Shown here in pieces: positions 61,404 through 64,000 of a DNA stretch of 64,000 nt (the first letter of the stretch is position 1; each line of letters opens with the position of its first letter). Made by a program: the position numbers and the translations under genes. The stretch comes from Methanoregula sp. (GTDB lineage Archaea > Halobacteriota > Methanomicrobia > Methanomicrobiales > Methanospirillaceae). The stretch lies in NCBI GenBank assembly GCA_039698055.1, contig JBDKTL010000027.1, positions 1 through 64,000 of the forward strand. Reading direction: 5' to 3'. Below the pieces are notes generated by a model. That model saw nothing but the letters and a program-made list of their open reading frames with translations. It had not been told where the DNA came from and searched no databases.

Positions 61404-62015
61404 ATGAAATTATCAGCAATTCAGACGGATGCAATTCAGGAGCTGGGAAATATCGGAGCGGCACATGCTGCCACCACGCTTTCCCAGATGCTCATGAGCC
61501 CGGTAGAGATGAGTGTCCCGCAAATCAGGATGATCGATATTTCCCAGCTGAGCGATTATATCGGTGAAGAATCGGCCGCCATGGTCGTATTTGAACTCCA
61601 GGGCGAGATCCCGCATGGCGGGTATGTTATATTCTATATTTCACGGGCATCCGCTGTCCGCCTGACAAACACCATGCTCGGCCTTACTGATGAAAACAGG
61701 CCCTTAAACGAGATGGATGAAAGTGCCCTCCTCGAAGTTGGCAACATCATGGTGTCCGCATTCCTGGATGCCACAGCTGAACTTTTAGGATTTATCATGC
61801 TTCCCTCCCCGCCAGCTCTCACCATCGATATGGCACATGCCGCGATGGAATCACTTATTGTCCAGATGGCTGAAGAAGTCGACGAGGTCATGCTTTTTTC
61901 AACAGAACTTATGTGTGCGGAGCACAAACTCGACAGCGATATTATCATGATGCCGGAATCGGGCACGCTGACAAGAATAATCGGGCTTTTAGAAAATATG
62001 ATGAAATCAGGTTGA
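61404..62015 (+). CDS. cheC: Chemotaxis phosphatase CheC
   Basis: DAIQELGNIG and SALLEVGNIM (two ExxN motifs). Confidence 0.92.
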   Translation: MKLSAIQTDAIQELGNIGAAHAATTLSQMLMSPVEMSVPQIRMIDISQLSDYIGEESAAMVVFELQGEIPHGGYVIFYISRASAVRLTNTMLGLTDENRPLNEMDESALLEVGNIMVSAFLDATAELLGFIMLPSPPALTIDMAHAAMESLIVQMAEEVDEVMLFSTELMCAEHKLDSDIIMMPESGTLTRIIGLLENMMKSG

Positions 62016-62035
62016 GAGAACTCAAAAAAAGAACC

Positions 62036-62527
62036 ATGCCCGGACTCCCGCAAAAAAATGATGCCCCCGTGATGATTGGGATTGGCGAATACAAGGTAGG
62101 CTCAACACCTATGATGTCGATTGGCCTTGGTTCGTGTATCGGGCTTACCCTGTACGACGATGAACACCATGTCGGGGCGATGGTGCACATCATGTTGCCG
62201 GACAGCTCGGGAAGACTGGATCGCCCGGGAAAGTATGCCGATACCGCAATTCCCCTGCTGCTGCAGGAACTATCAGCACTCGGCTGTAAAAAACAGAAAA
62301 TTACTGCAAAAATGGTGGGCGGTGCGTGCATGTTCGTGTATTTTGGGAATAACCTCAATATCGGCGAACGCAACAGCCAGCGGATCAAAGAAATCCTCCA
62401 GGAACACCGTATCCGTATCGTAGCAGAGGATATTGGCGGCAAGGTGGGGCGGACGGTTATCTTTAACCCTATGGAAGGTGGCAAAGTAACCGTCAGGAGA
62501 GCCGATGGCGTCTCAACAGAGATTTGA
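62036..62527 (+). CDS. cheD: Chemoreceptor glutamine deamidase CheD
   Basis: GLGSCIG, HIMLP, KYADTA, GGA.MF, IGERN and DIGG..GRT motifs. Confidence 0.93.
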   Translation: MPGLPQKNDAPVMIGIGEYKVGSTPMMSIGLGSCIGLTLYDDEHHVGAMVHIMLPDSSGRLDRPGKYADTAIPLLLQELSALGCKKQKITAKMVGGACMFVYFGNNLNIGERNSQRIKEILQEHRIRIVAEDIGGKVGRTVIFNPMEGGKVTVRRADGVSTEI

Positions 62528-63749
62528 CCGTCTTATCCTGGTTCTCCTGTTTTTTGTCCTCTGTCCGGGGGCAATGGCGGCCCGGGATGCCGGGGATCCG
62601 GGATCTCCGGTGACGGTTCCCGATCCGGCACTTCCCTTCGCGGTGCACTCTTTTATCCCCGGCACAAATTCAATTCATTCGATCCAAATCATGGATCTGA
62701 TATCGGCAGAAAACGGGGATGTGCTGATCGCCACTGCGAGCGGGATTTCAACCTATAATGGCAGATGGACGACCCGGGCATTCAAAACGGATAATTATTC
62801 GCAGGGACTTTATGACAACTATGTCGTTGCACTTGAATATGACCATGACGGAAATCTCTGGATTGGGTACGCAAACGGCCTCCAGATCTTTGACGGACAG
62901 GAATACCGCCTTCTCCGCGATCAGCAGCTGTTAAAGGATTTGCGCATCATCGATCTCCAGCGCTGGAACAACGATATGTGGGTACTAACCGGGAATGCAG
63001 GAATACACCAGTACCATGAAAGAAACTGGACATGGTATAAGCCAAATTCCCCGGGCGGACCCGGGTTTTTTACCGGCAGAAGGATGGCAATTGACAGTGC
63101 GGACAATTCGATGCTGGTTGCAACACAGGGTGAAGGTTTATGGCGGGTAAGGCAGATCCATGATGCGATTAGCTTTGTACAACTTCAGGGAAAAGACGAT
63201 ACCTACGGGGACCTGGACGATGTACGCAGGGATCCGGTGGGAGGTGCGTATTTTTTTAACACCAAAAAAGTTGTCCATTATGATCCGGTAAAAGGCTTCA
63301 GCCCGGTATTTCCTTTAAACGAGGGTACAGTCCAGCCAATAATCAATGATATCGCTGCCGGTCCTGACGGGACACTGTATATCGCAACAAATGACGGGAT
63401 CTGGGTTTTGGAAGACCAAAAAGCCGTTACCCATGTTGGCAGGTTTGAAGGTATTGGCACATCCCCGATAATAAAAACAATCAATGCCGATGCGCATAAC
63501 CGCATCTGGTTTTCAACAACTGATGACGTTGGCTTTTTTACTGTGGATTCCGGTATACGGGACCAGATCCCGATCGATATGGCACCAACGGAGCTGACAG
63601 AAACACCCGGGCCCCGGGCAATACCAACCCTCCTCCAGGATGCACCAGGCTACCCGGGAACTTCACCTTCAAAACAACCGTTATCATTTATCGATACAAT
63701 CCTTGAATCAGTGTCAGACTTTATTAAAACGGCAAATCCGTTCCGGTAA
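62505..63749 (+). CDS. Secreted beta-propeller protein (ligand-binding two-component-regulator propeller type)
   Basis: Signal peptide; repeats such as DHDGNLWIG, GPDGTLYIAT..GI and DAHNRIWFST. Confidence 0.72.
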   Translation: MASQQRFDRLILVLLFFVLCPGAMAARDAGDPGSPVTVPDPALPFAVHSFIPGTNSIHSIQIMDLISAENGDVLIATASGISTYNGRWTTRAFKTDNYSQGLYDNYVVALEYDHDGNLWIGYANGLQIFDGQEYRLLRDQQLLKDLRIIDLQRWNNDMWVLTGNAGIHQYHERNWTWYKPNSPGGPGFFTGRRMAIDSADNSMLVATQGEGLWRVRQIHDAISFVQLQGKDDTYGDLDDVRRDPVGGAYFFNTKKVVHYDPVKGFSPVFPLNEGTVQPIINDIAAGPDGTLYIATNDGIWVLEDQKAVTHVGRFEGIGTSPIIKTINADAHNRIWFSTTDDVGFFTVDSGIRDQIPIDMAPTELTETPGPRAIPTLLQDAPGYPGTSPSKQPLSFIDTILESVSDFIKTANPFR

Positions 63750-63762
63750 CGGCATACGTCGC

Positions 63763-63999
63763 TTAACACGGCTTGCAGTTCTTTTTTGCTTCCAGTTTCT
63801 CAAGGCTATACTGGTCGACAGAATCAAACAATATCTTTTTTGCCTGTTTTACCCGGGTTTCATCACCGGAAGAAAAATCCCGGGCAAGATAGCGCAGCGT
63901 TGTCGCATAATACTGGAGACGGGGGTAATCTTTTTCAAATTCCACCAGCAGGTTTGATGCATCCCGCAGTTCGCTGGTCATAAGGGCAAAGGCAAAATC
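63763..63999 (-). CDS. Hypothetical protein, 3' part (frame open to window edge)
   Basis: The minus frame DFAFALMTSELRDA...KPC* has no upstream stop before 64000. Confidence 0.55.
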   Translation of the reverse strand, partial: DFAFALMTSELRDASNLLVEFEKDYPRLQYYATTLRYLARDFSSGDETRVKQAKKILFDSVDQYSLEKLEAKKNCKPC

Positions 64000-64000
64000 A

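Overview
Archaeal chromosomal DNA, most consistent with a Methanomicrobiales methanogen (Methanoregula-like). This assignment rests on recognising the proteins and gene order; no database search was run. 1-28 kb is core housekeeping: the end of an IS5-type transposase, aglJ, CoA biosynthesis (pantoate kinase, phosphopantothenate synthetase, coaBC), NMD3, mptD, MCM, two RFC small subunits, an RPA-like/metallophosphoesterase/Lhr helicase cluster, TBP, two tandem acyl-CoA synthetases and tRNA-Leu(CAG). About 28-41.9 kb is an AT-richer accessory region. It holds RelBE, three VapBC-type and two MNT-HEPN toxin-antitoxin pairs, three intact type IV pilins, two promoterless pilin 3' fragments, and three copies of a small membrane domain (one fused to a GT-C-type glycosyltransferase). 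It also contains a 32-bp periodic palindrome array and a GC-rich structured non-coding element. 42-64 kb carries hom, NAD kinase, IMPase/FBPase, aIF5A and an archaellum (flaB-B-C/D/E-G-F-H-I-J) plus chemotaxis (cheF-Y-B-A-C-D) cluster. The best candidates for undescribed systems are: (1) a ribbon-helix-helix/acyl-CoA synthetase fusion surrounded by seven TGGTGCA boxes (a PutA-like trigger enzyme); (2) a pilin diversification/glycosylation locus with a shared upstream inverted repeat, surrounded by toxin-antitoxin genes; (3) two unexplained non-coding structures.
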